A stretch of 64,000 bases of DNA, from the IMG/VR virus record IMGVR_UViG_3300017970_000189, one strand, 5' to 3'. The position numbers and the translations under genes were made by a program. The notes below the pieces were generated by a model. The model was not told the origin of the DNA. It saw only the letters and a program-made list of their open reading frames with translations, and did no database searches. Origin of the DNA: an uncultured virus (IMG/VR IMGVR_UViG_3300017970_000189). Its lineage: Duplodnaviria; Heunggongvirae; Uroviricota; Caudoviricetes. Numbering within the stretch: position 1 is the stretch's first letter; every line of letters begins with the position of its first letter. Positions 10,216 to 20,466 of the stretch are shown here, piece after piece.

Positions 10216-10911
10216 CTACTCCCTCGCCCCATCCACCTTGCCAGCATAGTATTCCTTCAGATTGCTCTGAAGGTTCTTCTTGTGGACCCGCTTCACCGCC
10301 GAAAAGACCGGCACGGGATAGAACGGGAACGTCCGAGAGACATCCTTGAAGAAATAGGCATCCGGACCGCCCACGACCTTGGGGTCCTCTGACCAGAGGA
10401 GCGGCGGATCGAACCGGCGGTGCATCGCCTGGTTGTGGTCGACCTTGTCGAAGGGGTTGGGCAGGACCTGATTGAAGAAGCGCAGATTGACCGGCGCCGG
10501 ATTCTGCGGAAACACCATGTCCGGGGAATCGGAATAGGTCAGCTTTCCGAACACCGCCCCCACCTGGGGATTCCGCTTGAAGTAGCCCACCGCGTCGGCG
10601 AACCAGGTCGGATAGAAATAATCGTCGTCCGCCAGGTAGCAGACCACATCCCCCGTCGCGCGGCGGAGCCCCGCATTGATGTTGATGCTCAAGCGGTTCA
10701 TCGTGGCGCGCTGGCGCGGATCCACGGGGCTGAAGAGCGGAACCACCTCGGTCAGGTTGAATTCCTTAACCAGTTTGTGGATATCGAACAGATTGCTCTC
10801 GTCCACGACGACGAGCTGGTAGTTCTTATGGGTCTGGTTCACGATGCTTTGGATCGATTGCCGGACCCATTTGGGACGATTGAAGCTGGTCAGGATGACG
10901 GATACTTTCAT
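10216..10911 (-). CDS. GT2 glycosyltransferase
   Basis: KVSVILTSFNR, VVVDE, YLADDD. Confidence 0.85.
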   Translation of the reverse strand: MKVSVILTSFNRPKWVRQSIQSIVNQTHKNYQLVVVDESNLFDIHKLVKEFNLTEVVPLFSPVDPRQRATMNRLSININAGLRRATGDVVCYLADDDYFYPTWFADAVGYFKRNPQVGAVFGKLTYSDSPDMVFPQNPAPVNLRFFNQVLPNPFDKVDHNQAMHRRFDPPLLWSEDPKVVGGPDAYFFKDVSRTFPFYPVPVFSAVKRVHKKNLQSNLKEYYAGKVDGARE

Positions 10912-12917
10912 TAAATGCCGCCCCATTTCTGCACGAACAGCTTGCGGTTGTGCTCCATGATCTCCTGGATGTTGGGCTTGGTCCTGAACGTCGAATTCCC
11001 GGCCGTGGAGTGCTCGACGACGCAGCCGTCGTAGATCGAAAGCCCCAGACCCGCCTTCTTCGCCCGCGCGCAGTAATCATTATCCTCATAGCCATAGCCG
11101 GTGAAGCGTTCATCCAAGGGCCCGATCCGATCGAAGGTGCTTTTGGGGATGTACGCGGCGACAAAAGCCAGGTTATGCGGCTCGTACCGCATGCCCGCGG
11201 CCACGAGCCAGGGCTGCTGACTCGGATTCCCCACCACGCCGGAAATCGCCGCCGAGCAGATCCCGACATCTGGCCTCGAGCGCGTGGCAAAACTCAGGCT
11301 CGTGAAGCCATATTTCGTCATCAACTTGGCATCGTCGTTCAGGAGCACGACATCGGTGCCCGCTTCGCGGATTCCGATATTGGCATTACGGGCGAAAACG
11401 AAGGGTTTTACCCCCTTCACCCATCGGACTCCCGGACCCTGACCCTGCCATTCCGCCTGGGCGCCGTCGTCGACCACGATGATCCGGTTCCTGGGGAGCA
11501 TAGGCTCCTTCTCGAAGAGCCACGCCAGGCATTGCCGGAGATTCGGAGCCATGGCGGAAAGGATGACGACGCTGTAGGTCGGCGCGACCGGCTTCTGACC
11601 CGGCGCGCGCGTCCCGGCCGTTTCGCTCGTCCGATGGCTGAATTTGTAGTGGTAGAGGACCTTATCGATGAAGAATTCGTTCTTGATCGCCTTGTCCCGG
11701 ACCATGGCCATCGCCCATTCGGAATCCTCGCCGAAATTCTTGTCCGGGAAGCGGTAGCGCTGGGCGATCGAGCGCCGGATCGGCGTCAAGTGGCCTGCCG
11801 GGCGGTAATAGATCCCTTCCCGATCGTAAATTCCCTGATTGTGGACGGAATAAATGACCTGGCGGGGATCCGCTCCATTCACCGTGATCATCCCGCGCAT
11901 GCCGATGCAATCCACCTTCGGATGATCGAGGATCGCGGTATAGATCTGGAAGACGTAATCGTCAGAGAGCTCGTCATCGTCGTCCACGTACACGACGAAA
12001 TCCCCCTTCGCCTCCATGAGGAGTTTGTTCCTCTTGAAGCCGACGGGATTCTCCTTGTTGTCCTCGTAAATGACGACTTCGACTTCCGGCACGGGCCCGA
12101 GCTCCTTGATCTGATGCTCCAGCTTCTGGAGAAGTGGCCCTAGCATGGCCGCGCGGTTGAGCAAGGTCGGGATCAGGATGGAGAGCTTGAGCTGCCCGGG
12201 AGCATAGTTGACGAGCGGCGGCCGGTTTCTCCGGTCTACTTTCGCGAGCGTGGGTGCGGGCCCCACGTATCTCGAGTAGGTCTGATTTATGGCATTCGGA
12301 GCGATGCCGATCATCGGTCCCATGACTCCGTGTCTCGGAGAAGGCGGCGCATGGTTGGGCACCGCTCCCAGGGTCGGGGGCGTCGGATTGTACAGCGGAT
12401 GCATCCCCACCGAGGCCGAGACATTATTCGGCACCGTCCCCAAAGTCGCAGGAGTGGCCACATGATTCGGCACACGGGTCGCCGCCTCGGTGCTTCCCTG
12501 CTTCAAGCCTGGCCTTCCCCCCGGGTTGCCTTGGGCATGGATCTGTCCAGCCACTCCGGGGACGGGCGACGGCGGAACTGCACCTAGAGTGGAAGGCGTC
12601 GGGTTATGGATCGGCATCTGAGCGGGACCGTTCGAGATGCCCGAGGCCGCGGGAGCCGGACCCGCCGGATGATGCGGCCTTCCCGGAGCATTGGACTGGG
12701 GCACCGCCCCAAGAGTCGCCGGGGTCGGATTATGCCCACCGCTCGGGGCACTCGCTTGCCGGAGCGCGCCCAGAGTCGAAGGCGTGGGATTATGGATGGA
12801 CGGAGCGCCCTGGGGCGCCCCTTGCGGAGTTCCCTGTTGGGCTCCCTGCGGCGTCCCCTGAGCCTTGACGGGCCCGACATTGGGCTTATGCGGGATCGAT
12901 CCGAATCCCCCGAACAT
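10911..12917 (-). CDS. double GT2 glycosyltransferase with repetitive low-complexity N-terminus
   Basis: LSILIPT..YVDDDD..GEDSEW, then VVDDG..LLNDD..GYEDND; N-terminal NPTPxTLGAVP repeats. Confidence 0.88.
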   Translation of the reverse strand: MFGGFGSIPHKPNVGPVKAQGTPQGAQQGTPQGAPQGAPSIHNPTPSTLGALRQASAPSGGHNPTPATLGAVPQSNAPGRPHHPAGPAPAASGISNGPAQMPIHNPTPSTLGAVPPSPVPGVAGQIHAQGNPGGRPGLKQGSTEAATRVPNHVATPATLGTVPNNVSASVGMHPLYNPTPPTLGAVPNHAPPSPRHGVMGPMIGIAPNAINQTYSRYVGPAPTLAKVDRRNRPPLVNYAPGQLKLSILIPTLLNRAAMLGPLLQKLEHQIKELGPVPEVEVVIYEDNKENPVGFKRNKLLMEAKGDFVVYVDDDDELSDDYVFQIYTAILDHPKVDCIGMRGMITVNGADPRQVIYSVHNQGIYDREGIYYRPAGHLTPIRRSIAQRYRFPDKNFGEDSEWAMAMVRDKAIKNEFFIDKVLYHYKFSHRTSETAGTRAPGQKPVAPTYSVVILSAMAPNLRQCLAWLFEKEPMLPRNRIIVVDDGAQAEWQGQGPGVRWVKGVKPFVFARNANIGIREAGTDVVLLNDDAKLMTKYGFTSLSFATRSRPDVGICSAAISGVVGNPSQQPWLVAAGMRYEPHNLAFVAAYIPKSTFDRIGPLDERFTGYGYEDNDYCARAKKAGLGLSIYDGCVVEHSTAGNSTFRTKPNIQEIMEHNRKLFVQKWGGI

Positions 12918-12973
12918 AGTCTCTCCCGTGCTCGATGTAGACCAAGTGTACTTGATGAAGCCCTTAGATGCAA

Positions 12974-13615
12974 TTATTTCAAGTGGGGGACGTACGCGAA
13001 TCCCTGGTCGATCGCCAAGCCCTCCATGAGCCGGTACTCAAGCCTCGAGAACCAGGTTGCAAAGGGAAACGACACCTGATCCCGCCGGCATCCATGGACG
13101 ATCTCGTTCCACCAGCAGTCATTGAAGAGCGCAACCGTCTTGGTGTTCTTCCTGAGCAGGATTCTCGTCTCGGCCAGGCCTTTCCCGGGTGGAAACCCGA
13201 GCGCGCGATACCGGCCGATCTGGGACTTGATGATCTCCGGCTTGTCCCTCAGGAAATGCGACACGATCGTCGCTTCCTGATAAAGACAGTCGCGCTCGGG
13301 ATGCTGAAAAGTAGCCAGATCCTTCCCCTGCAACCACGACTCGATCAGCCGGTCCGAATCGAAGTCCGGGGCCCGCACGCACCCATCCATCCAGAGCGTG
13401 TATTCATACTCAGGAAACCATTTGTGGGAGAGGATCTTGATCTTCCGGGCATCCCTCGTGGGATCCTCAAATTCCGGCTTGATGACCCTGAGCTTTCCCC
13501 ATCCGGGGCCGCGTTCCACGTCGCTGAACAAAAACAGGTCATAATTCCCTTGGGGCGGCTGCACGTACTGGTCATATCCCCCGATGATCGCCGTGTAGAC
13601 CGCGAGTTTTCTCAT
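12974..13615 (-). CDS. DUF616-family glycosyltransferase
   Basis: VYTAIIGGYD, KILSH, LWMDG, HPERDCLYQE, RRDQVSF. Confidence 0.8.
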   Translation of the reverse strand: MRKLAVYTAIIGGYDQYVQPPQGNYDLFLFSDVERGPGWGKLRVIKPEFEDPTRDARKIKILSHKWFPEYEYTLWMDGCVRAPDFDSDRLIESWLQGKDLATFQHPERDCLYQEATIVSHFLRDKPEIIKSQIGRYRALGFPPGKGLAETRILLRKNTKTVALFNDCWWNEIVHGCRRDQVSFPFATWFSRLEYRLMEGLAIDQGFAYVPHLK

Positions 13616-13998
13616 GGCTTGAATAATATTTTGGAATCCATTCTGACCTGATTCTCAATGACCTCCATTTTCCTAATTATCGCTACCAGATCCTTTAAGA
13701 AAGTCTCTTCATATTCTTGGTAGGAGATTCCTTCAAAACTAGGAAGCGGCTGTTCCCCAAAGGCACCTTTTTCATATTTCGGCGCTTTTCCCGTCTCGAA
13801 GATCTTTTGAGCCTCCTTGAGAATCAAACCTTCATCTTTTTCCCCATCATTGACTCCAATCTTTGGTTCTCCGAAAGAAGCCCGTCGTTCCGAAAAAATA
13901 ACCACCGCTAATTCAGGATTATATAAAACCTGAGCATTTGAGAAAAAAGTGATATGAAGCCCTGAGGCTTGGAATCGTTTATAGGTGACGACCTTCAT
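13612..13998 (-). CDS. hypothetical protein (AT-rich)
   Basis: coupled to neighbours by ATGA overlaps. Confidence 0.65.
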   Translation of the reverse strand: MKVVTYKRFQASGLHITFFSNAQVLYNPELAVVIFSERRASFGEPKIGVNDGEKDEGLILKEAQKIFETGKAPKYEKGAFGEQPLPSFEGISYQEYEETFLKDLVAIIRKMEVIENQVRMDSKILFKP

Positions 13999-14654
13999 GA
14001 CAGTCCATGCTTCTTCTTCACCGTACTATACCATCCTCCGGATTCCCCGATTCCAGACAGATCTCCAGGCTGATAGTGCGCTCGGAAGAGCACCTGATCG
14101 ATCATCGCCCCGACTTTCCCCTTCTCCGCCATCGTAAGCCACAGATCCCAATCCTCGTACCGCTTCAAGGTCTCGTCAAGCGGCGGCCGGGGAAGATCCT
14201 TCGTCCGCACCATGCTGACCATCGAAATATAATTCATGTCCCGGAGCGCCCGAAGATCCCAGGGCTTGGCCGCCAGACGGTCCACCCGGGATCCCACCCG
14301 CTCGTAATGCCCGTAGGCGATGCTCACCTCCGGATGCCGGTTCAACTTCTCCTCCAGCACCGCCAGCATGTCCGGCATCATCTCCAGATCCCCGTCCAGG
14401 AAGATCGTGTAATCCCCCTTCACCCGCTCGAAGCCGACATTCCGGGCATGGGACTGCCCCCGATTCTCCGACAATTTTATGGTATGCCACCCGATGCACA
14501 GGCGTCCCACGAGATCCTGCGTCCCATCCGTCGAAGCATCGTCCACGACGATAACCTGCTCTGGGCGCCTGAGCTGCTTATGGAGGGATTCCACGAATTT
14601 CTGAAAGATATAGGCCTTGTTGTAGGAGAGGACGACGGCGCTGATCGTCGTCAC
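13995..14654 (-). CDS. GT2 glycosyltransferase
   Basis: VVDDASTD, ARNVG, FLDGD, EDWDLW. Confidence 0.9.
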   Translation of the reverse strand: MTTISAVVLSYNKAYIFQKFVESLHKQLRRPEQVIVVDDASTDGTQDLVGRLCIGWHTIKLSENRGQSHARNVGFERVKGDYTIFLDGDLEMMPDMLAVLEEKLNRHPEVSIAYGHYERVGSRVDRLAAKPWDLRALRDMNYISMVSMVRTKDLPRPPLDETLKRYEDWDLWLTMAEKGKVGAMIDQVLFRAHYQPGDLSGIGESGGWYSTVKKKHGLS

Positions 14655-15529
14655 AATAGTTCGGTGAGGACCGACCGGGCCCGGTGGATGGAAAGGTGCC
14701 TTTCCATCGCCGCCTTCTTCCCATTGGCCGCGATCCGGATCCCTTCCTGAGGATCGAGCAGCAGCTTGGCCAGTTTTTCCTGGAATTCATCCGGACCCGT
14801 GAAAAACACTGCTTCCTCGCCGTCCACGAAATTCTTTGGGATCGTGATCGGCAGGCGCTCGGAAAGCAAACACGCCCCGAAATAAGGAATCTCCCAGTAC
14901 CGATAGGTATCCCACCCAAACCCCCTGACCGATACCGCCACCAGGCTTCCTCGGAGCAGCCGGTTGTAATGCTCCTTCGTCGAGCCTCCCCCTGAGGCCG
15001 GCCAGCCCATGTGCCTGAGCCGCGCGGCAATTTCGGCTCTCGCGGGAACGCCGTTATGGCCCATGAAAAACACCATCCGCTCGATCTCGGGAGCCCGCGC
15101 GGAAGGCTCCTCAGGCAGCGCTGCAAACGGCAGCGGCCTCACGTTCCCCGGATACTGCCGGTCCCCGAAATGCTCCCTCTTGAAGTAGATCTTGGCCGCG
15201 GCTTGGAGCTCCGGGATGAGGTGAACATCATCGTTCCCGTCCAGCACCCCCACTGTCTTCTTTCCGGTTCGAGAGACCCACTCCTGGAGCGGAGCCAGCC
15301 CGGACCGGGTCGAAATCACCAGAGCATCCGCTTCGTAGAGTCCAAACGAATTCGGACGATCAAAAAACCCCTTGGCCAGGTGCGTGTACCGGATATCTCC
15401 ACCCATGTGCGTGATCTTGTAATGCAGATGGACGTTCTCCCTCCCGAGCTCTCGGATCAACCCATCCGTGACAATATCCACGAGATAGTCGTAGCTGCCC
15501 AGGCTGATGACCGCGACCTTCGGCTTCAT
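14651..15529 (-). CDS. GT-B glycosyltransferase (Glyco_trans_1_2-like C-terminus)
   Basis: YFKRE, GFGWDTYRYWEIP, FVDGEE..IAANG. Confidence 0.75.
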   Translation of the reverse strand: MKPKVAVISLGSYDYLVDIVTDGLIRELGRENVHLHYKITHMGGDIRYTHLAKGFFDRPNSFGLYEADALVISTRSGLAPLQEWVSRTGKKTVGVLDGNDDVHLIPELQAAAKIYFKREHFGDRQYPGNVRPLPFAALPEEPSARAPEIERMVFFMGHNGVPARAEIAARLRHMGWPASGGGSTKEHYNRLLRGSLVAVSVRGFGWDTYRYWEIPYFGACLLSERLPITIPKNFVDGEEAVFFTGPDEFQEKLAKLLLDPQEGIRIAANGKKAAMERHLSIHRARSVLTELL

Positions 15530-16056
15530 GGCTTGAGAACTACCCCTAGACCGCTGTTGTGCGGATAGTTCCTGAAGGCATAGTTCGGATGCTCCTTCAG
15601 GAATTCATTGATCGGATCCAAAACCCCGTGAGCATGCGTCGTCGTGTCGTGAAAGATCAGCCTCCCCCCGGGCCGCACCAGCGGCTCAAAGGCCACGATC
15701 TCCTTCTTCGTATGCTCGTACTGGTGGGAAGTGTCCACGAATACAATGTCCACAGGGACTGCCTTGTCCCACTTCGCCGCGAATTCGATGTCATCCCCCT
15801 GCACGAACCTCCACCGGGGCAGCATCCCGTACACCTTCACCATCTCCTGCGTCATCAAGCACGGATCCACGTCCACGCTCCAGAGATGCCCCTCCGTCTG
15901 ATGCACCCCCTCAAGCAACGCCACCGTGCTCTCCCCGCTCCGGACCCCGAGCTCGATCACCGTCTTCGCCTTCATCTCGAGCACCATGTTGTAGAGCGGA
16001 ACGAGATGCTGATTGATGTCGGTGGGTCGTTTCGAATGAATTTGCGTATACTTCAT
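15526..16056 (-). CDS. class I SAM methyltransferase (Methyltransf_24-like)
   Basis: IELGVRSGEST, DIVFVDTSH, GGRLIFHD; alternative start at 16098. Confidence 0.85.
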   Translation of the reverse strand: MKYTQIHSKRPTDINQHLVPLYNMVLEMKAKTVIELGVRSGESTVALLEGVHQTEGHLWSVDVDPCLMTQEMVKVYGMLPRWRFVQGDDIEFAAKWDKAVPVDIVFVDTSHQYEHTKKEIVAFEPLVRPGGRLIFHDTTTHAHGVLDPINEFLKEHPNYAFRNYPHNSGLGVVLKP

Positions 16057-16102
16057 CGGCCCCTCATCCCCGCCTGCCTGAATCTTCCTGACGATCATTT
16101 TA

Positions 16103-16657
16103 TCATGGAACCCTGGGTTTTAGAATAACTCCCATGCCGCTATTATACGAGGCATTCTCGAATCCATACCCTGGATGCCCCTTCAAGAACTCCTGGATCG
16201 GCTTCATCACCCCCTCCGGGTGCGTCGTCGTGTCGTGAAAAATCAACACTCCTCCCGGCCGGACGATCGGCTCGAACACCTCAATCTCCCTCTTCGTGTG
16301 CTCGTACAGATGCGACGTGTCCACGAATACGATATCCACCTTCCGGCTCCGGTCCCACCCCTTCCCGAACTCGATATCGTCACTTCTGACGAACGTCCAT
16401 CTCCCCCCCAGCCCGTACCTCTCCACCATCTCCCGCGCCTTCGGACACTCCTCGATATCCACGCTCACCACCCGCCCATCCGTCCGATTCACCCCCTCCA
16501 GGAACGCCACCGTGCTCTCCCCACTCCTCACCCCCAGCTCCACCACCAGCTTCGCGCTCATCTGGAGCGTGATGAAATAAAGCGAAGTCAAGTGCTCGTT
16601 GATGTCCGTCCGCTTCCTGGAATGTTCCAACGTGTGTTTCATGGGCCTGGCCGACAT
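16103..16657 (-). CDS. class I SAM methyltransferase, tandem paralog of the previous gene
   Basis: VELGVRSGEST, DIVFVDTSH, GGVLIFHD. Confidence 0.85.
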   Translation of the reverse strand: MSARPMKHTLEHSRKRTDINEHLTSLYFITLQMSAKLVVELGVRSGESTVAFLEGVNRTDGRVVSVDIEECPKAREMVERYGLGGRWTFVRSDDIEFGKGWDRSRKVDIVFVDTSHLYEHTKREIEVFEPIVRPGGVLIFHDTTTHPEGVMKPIQEFLKGHPGYGFENASYNSGMGVILKPRVP

Positions 16658-16687
16658 ACATACCGATACTGCGATTTTCTTGGTTAA

Positions 16688-17575
16688 TTACTTTCCAGTT
16701 ACTCTAGAGAAGAGATTATTCCATCGACTAATAAACTTCTTACTACAAAAAATATCTCGCGCACTAGTCTGAGCCACACGTCCCATATTAAGCGCTAACT
16801 CCGGATCCTCAAGGAGCTTCGCCAACCTCAAAAGCGCTCCATCAACAGTATCTACGACATAGCCATTGATTCCATCAGCGATTAGATTTCTAAGGTTGAT
16901 TGGCCTGAAGGTAACTATTGGCAGGCCTGCCATCATAGCCTCTGCTACGCTAATGCCAATAATTGGGCCCGGGTTAAAATAGACTCGAGCATGGCTATAG
17001 ATATCCATCAGCTTTTCGTATGGAATAACTCCTAAAGCTCCAGGAAGGTCCTCATTACCAGACCCAACCAGTGAAAGTGGAATGAATGTATTGACAGTGA
17101 CATAAGGGCAATGACCCTTATCCCATCGCCTTCCGATACGCTTTCCCACGGTAAGCACGATTCTGGTGTCACCAACATGAGGAAGAAATGGAGAGTCGTC
17201 CACCCCCATCTCGATTACAACCTTCTTAGCTGGGTCCCTCATAGTCCAACGTTCAGAAACTTCCTTAGCTAGGAATGCCACCGCAGAGGACCGTTCCTCG
17301 ATCTCTTCAGGGAAAATTCCTTCTGAACAATCCGCGATAATCGCAAAAATCATAGGACCTTTGAAGGCTTTCAACTTCTCGAACATAGCCCAGTGGTTAT
17401 TAATTAGGATGCAATCAAACTCCCCCTCGGGCTGCTCCGTGAACTTCCAATTGTCGGGCAGTTTTCGAATAAGAGGATCCCACTGCCCTTGGTCTCCTAC
17501 AACAGAAAATTCATGACCTGTTTTCGCTAGTTCTGCATCATAACTGGTGTGAGCGTGATGGGTCAGTATCCTCAT
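16688..17575 (-). CDS. GT4 glycosyltransferase
   Basis: EAMMAGLPIV, IADGINGY. Confidence 0.8.
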   Translation of the reverse strand: MRILTHHAHTSYDAELAKTGHEFSVVGDQGQWDPLIRKLPDNWKFTEQPEGEFDCILINNHWAMFEKLKAFKGPMIFAIIADCSEGIFPEEIEERSSAVAFLAKEVSERWTMRDPAKKVVIEMGVDDSPFLPHVGDTRIVLTVGKRIGRRWDKGHCPYVTVNTFIPLSLVGSGNEDLPGALGVIPYEKLMDIYSHARVYFNPGPIIGISVAEAMMAGLPIVTFRPINLRNLIADGINGYVVDTVDGALLRLAKLLEDPELALNMGRVAQTSARDIFCSKKFISRWNNLFSRVTGK

Positions 17576-18297
17576 TGAAAGGATTCCGAAGGTTTAATTC
17601 CTTCATCCCACCACAGCCTCAGCTTCTTGGGCCAGGGTACCGGCTCCACCGCCACCCCTTTGTCCGGCCATCCATCGATCGTCGCCCGAGCCGATTCGTC
17701 ATCCCCAGATTTTTCTCCAAGACAGTAATGAAGATGATGATGGAAATGACCGTAAACCCGAATCAACTGAAGCCCAGCCGGCTGCACTGGAACCGGATGT
17801 CTCTCGGGATTCCCGTCATATTTAGGATGAGATCTCCAAGCTAAATTTTCCGAAATCGCTACATTCCTTTTCGTTGGCCATAACCGTGGATGCCATTCGG
17901 ATGCTCCAAAAACATAAGGCTTTCCGTCCTTCATCCAATGAGCGGTCATTACCTCCACCATAGCTTTTTCAGCCCAAGGGAAAAGCTGATCGACTGATTC
18001 CTTTACATAGAATTCATCTGAATCCAAGTACACTTGAACATCTGCAGCAAACGCCCGCGCTTTCCTCATCGCCCTCTCAAGAGCGCTTCTAACCTTGAAC
18101 TCCTTCCAGCCATGCCCAAAAACAGGTTCATGAAGCCAGATCACGCTATCCGGAAGTTTCGAGAACTTGATCGCGCGATCTGGAGGTGAGGTGTCGAGCA
18201 CCAGATGCGATCCCATCTCGGCATGGTGCTCAATCGCACCGAGAAGGAAATCGTAATCCCGATTGCAAGTTACGGTGAAGAAGCAGACCTTAGGCAT
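17572..18297 (-). CDS. GT-A-like glycosyltransferase
   Basis: YLDSDEF DxD motif, late His cluster, operon context. Confidence 0.55.
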   Translation of the reverse strand: MPKVCFFTVTCNRDYDFLLGAIEHHAEMGSHLVLDTSPPDRAIKFSKLPDSVIWLHEPVFGHGWKEFKVRSALERAMRKARAFAADVQVYLDSDEFYVKESVDQLFPWAEKAMVEVMTAHWMKDGKPYVFGASEWHPRLWPTKRNVAISENLAWRSHPKYDGNPERHPVPVQPAGLQLIRVYGHFHHHLHYCLGEKSGDDESARATIDGWPDKGVAVEPVPWPKKLRLWWDEGIKPSESFQ

Positions 18298-18301
18298 CGA
18301 C

Positions 18302-18643
18302 CTAGGATGACACCCTCATGGCCGGCAGGCCCACCAGCGTCGTCACGCCCGTGCGGCCCCCAAGATAGAGCACCCCGAGCAGCGCCGAGCCTACGCCACC
18401 AACCCAGCCGGCCACCTTGAGATAGTCGTTCCCTTTCTCCCTCAATCCCGTCCGGATCCCCACCCATGCTGCGGCACCAGTGATCGTCAGCACTGAGACC
18501 ATTTCGATAAACCCAGGAATCCCAGTGTATCCCGTGAACAAGAAATCCGGTGCAGGAGGAGGCACCGCAGGCGTTGATGGCGATGTTGACGCTTGAGCCA
18601 AGGCTGTATATACCGGACGATATGCCTGTTGATAAGCGATCAT
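18302..18643 (-). CDS. membrane protein, WxGxxxGL(K/R)EKG hairpin family (ALAQ)
   Basis: MIAYQQAYRP leader; AWVGIRTGLREKG. Confidence 0.75.
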   Translation of the reverse strand: MIAYQQAYRPVYTALAQASTSPSTPAVPPPAPDFLFTGYTGIPGFIEMVSVLTITGAAAWVGIRTGLREKGNDYLKVAGWVGGVGSALLGVLYLGGRTGVTTLVGLPAMRVSS

Positions 18644-18672
18644 AAAATTCCTCAAGGCATTACAGTCTTAGG

Positions 18673-19608
18673 TCATTTCCCTTCAAATGACCCACCCTTT
18701 AGAGCTTCTCTTCCATCCAACTTTACAGATACATCGTCCACCCAAAGAGTCCCTTTTTTGGATGCCATCGAAACTCCGAACTGGAATCTTGCCGCATTCC
18801 TTGGGATATCTGCCTTTGTATAAACCCTCTGCCAGAAAGGGGTATCCATAGGTATAAATGGTCCTATAGTCGAAAAACCAACTCCATTTTGGTCAAAAAG
18901 ATTTACATAAACATGATCATTCCCACTGTCAGTACCATCTGCCAGCACATAAGCTGATACTTCTATCGTTTTCCCGGATACTGGGATCAAATCGGTACTA
19001 AAACCGCTAGTAGCATTTTTTATTTTCTCATCTGAAGGTAATACTTTTATCGAATATGATCCCACATGTGAAACAGTGCCATCTAATATTGGCGCTCTAG
19101 ATCCTGGAGATGTTCCGGGATTCCATCCTGTCGGCAATTGTTTTTGTGAAGTTCCGGGAGGCCTTGCAGCAGCCAGCTTTAACCCCTGCTCCCTTGTTTT
19201 CATCTTCCATAGAGGATCAAGATCAGGCCAACCCTCTGCATACCAGTATGAGGCACGGTCATAGAAAACCCTAAATAACGCAGGAAACTTTTTAGCTGCA
19301 GATACCCATTCATCACCCATTCCAACCTTCTTTGGACCTGAATCTGTATAAAGTGGTGCGCGTTCATGCTCTGCCAAAGTTCTTAATATTTGGTCTGAGG
19401 ATTTTGCCAGAAAAGGCATCGCCCCAGGATAATCTCCAAGAACGAATGCGATATACTTCCCTGCTATTGTATTCGCATCAGGATCCTCTGGCGCGGTTTT
19501 CAGTTTCTCCAAAGATTTCTTGTAGTCGGCCTCAGAGGGAAGTGGAGACGGAGGAGTAAGGAGAAGAGCTGCGCCAGCAATACCGGCAAGCGCTAATAAG
19601 ATTTCCAT
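18673..19608 (-). CDS. exported protein with Planctomycetota-type helical domain and CBM-like beta domain
   Basis: signal/TM N-terminus; PEDPDAN..GKYIAFVLGDY..LAK..GDEW..ASYWY; C-terminal GTLWVDDVSV. Confidence 0.65.
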   Translation of the reverse strand: MEILLALAGIAGAALLLTPPSPLPSEADYKKSLEKLKTAPEDPDANTIAGKYIAFVLGDYPGAMPFLAKSSDQILRTLAEHERAPLYTDSGPKKVGMGDEWVSAAKKFPALFRVFYDRASYWYAEGWPDLDPLWKMKTREQGLKLAAARPPGTSQKQLPTGWNPGTSPGSRAPILDGTVSHVGSYSIKVLPSDEKIKNATSGFSTDLIPVSGKTIEVSAYVLADGTDSGNDHVYVNLFDQNGVGFSTIGPFIPMDTPFWQRVYTKADIPRNAARFQFGVSMASKKGTLWVDDVSVKLDGREALKGGSFEGK

Positions 19609-19695
19609 TTCATAACTCCACAGAGAAATTATATTACCAAATTCTTAACCTAGCAATACATTGTAGACAACCACCGGAAACCGACCAGAACAATC

Positions 19696-20466
19696 TTAAT
19701 CATTCAAAACACCACTATCTCCATTGAGAATTTTTCTTCGTCCAACCTTTACCGCGCGCGTGTAACAAGGAAGGCAGTCCACAAAAACCGGGGAATCATT
19801 CATCCATTTTCCATAAGTCTGCCAACCTCGATTTATCCTATCCTCCGCATTATTCCTCATCTGCTCTGGGCTTCGATATAAATAATGCCGTAATGGGTAG
19901 CTAGTAAGCCTCGTTTCCCCACAATTCGTTGGGATCGTACAAAAATGATTCCTTATGTTATATTTCGTACGACTATCGTATCTGAATTGCCGCAATTCGA
20001 CCCAGCCAGGAAAACATGCCCAAGTCACTTGGTCGACGACTGACTTTGATTCATCATACTTATATGTGTTCTTCTCTGAGATATGTAAAAAAAAATTGAC
20101 CAACCTCCATCCTACAACACCAAAACCTTCTTTAGCTGACTCCTCTGCTACATCGCGAGGATTAACATCGAGAAATATCTCATCCGAGTGAAGTAGAGTT
20201 ATCCATCCGCCATCTGGATGGTCTTTTTGAATTTTCTGAAGAAGAAATTGGCGTGCCCCATCACGGATCGGCTTGTATTCAGGAGGAAGATGTACATCTC
20301 GGACGTAAAATACTATGTTCTTGTGTTTTTCTATAATCTGTTTCGGCTTACCCCAACACGATCCATCTAGTGCATAAACAGCGTCGAAAAACTGGCAATT
20401 ATTTTTTAGAACTTCATCGAGCACATCAAGATCGCCCCGAAACATTAGTAATCCAAAATGCTTCAC
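19696..20466 (-). CDS. GT2-like glycosyltransferase (Glyco_tranf_2_4-like)
   Basis: YALDGS, WITLLHSDE, LRHYLYRSPEQ. Confidence 0.65.
   Translation of the reverse strand: MKHFGLLMFRGDLDVLDEVLKNNCQFFDAVYALDGSCWGKPKQIIEKHKNIVFYVRDVHLPPEYKPIRDGARQFLLQKIQKDHPDGGWITLLHSDEIFLDVNPRDVAEESAKEGFGVVGWRLVNFFLHISEKNTYKYDESKSVVDQVTWACFPGWVELRQFRYDSRTKYNIRNHFCTIPTNCGETRLTSYPLRHYLYRSPEQMRNNAEDRINRGWQTYGKWMNDSPVFVDCLPCYTRAVKVGRRKILNGDSGVLND

Noticed and set aside
15526..16657. Tandem near-duplicate methyltransferases as a DGR template/variable repeat pair
   Set aside because: Both are intact full-length genes, the differences do not appear adenine-specific, and no reverse transcriptase is in the window
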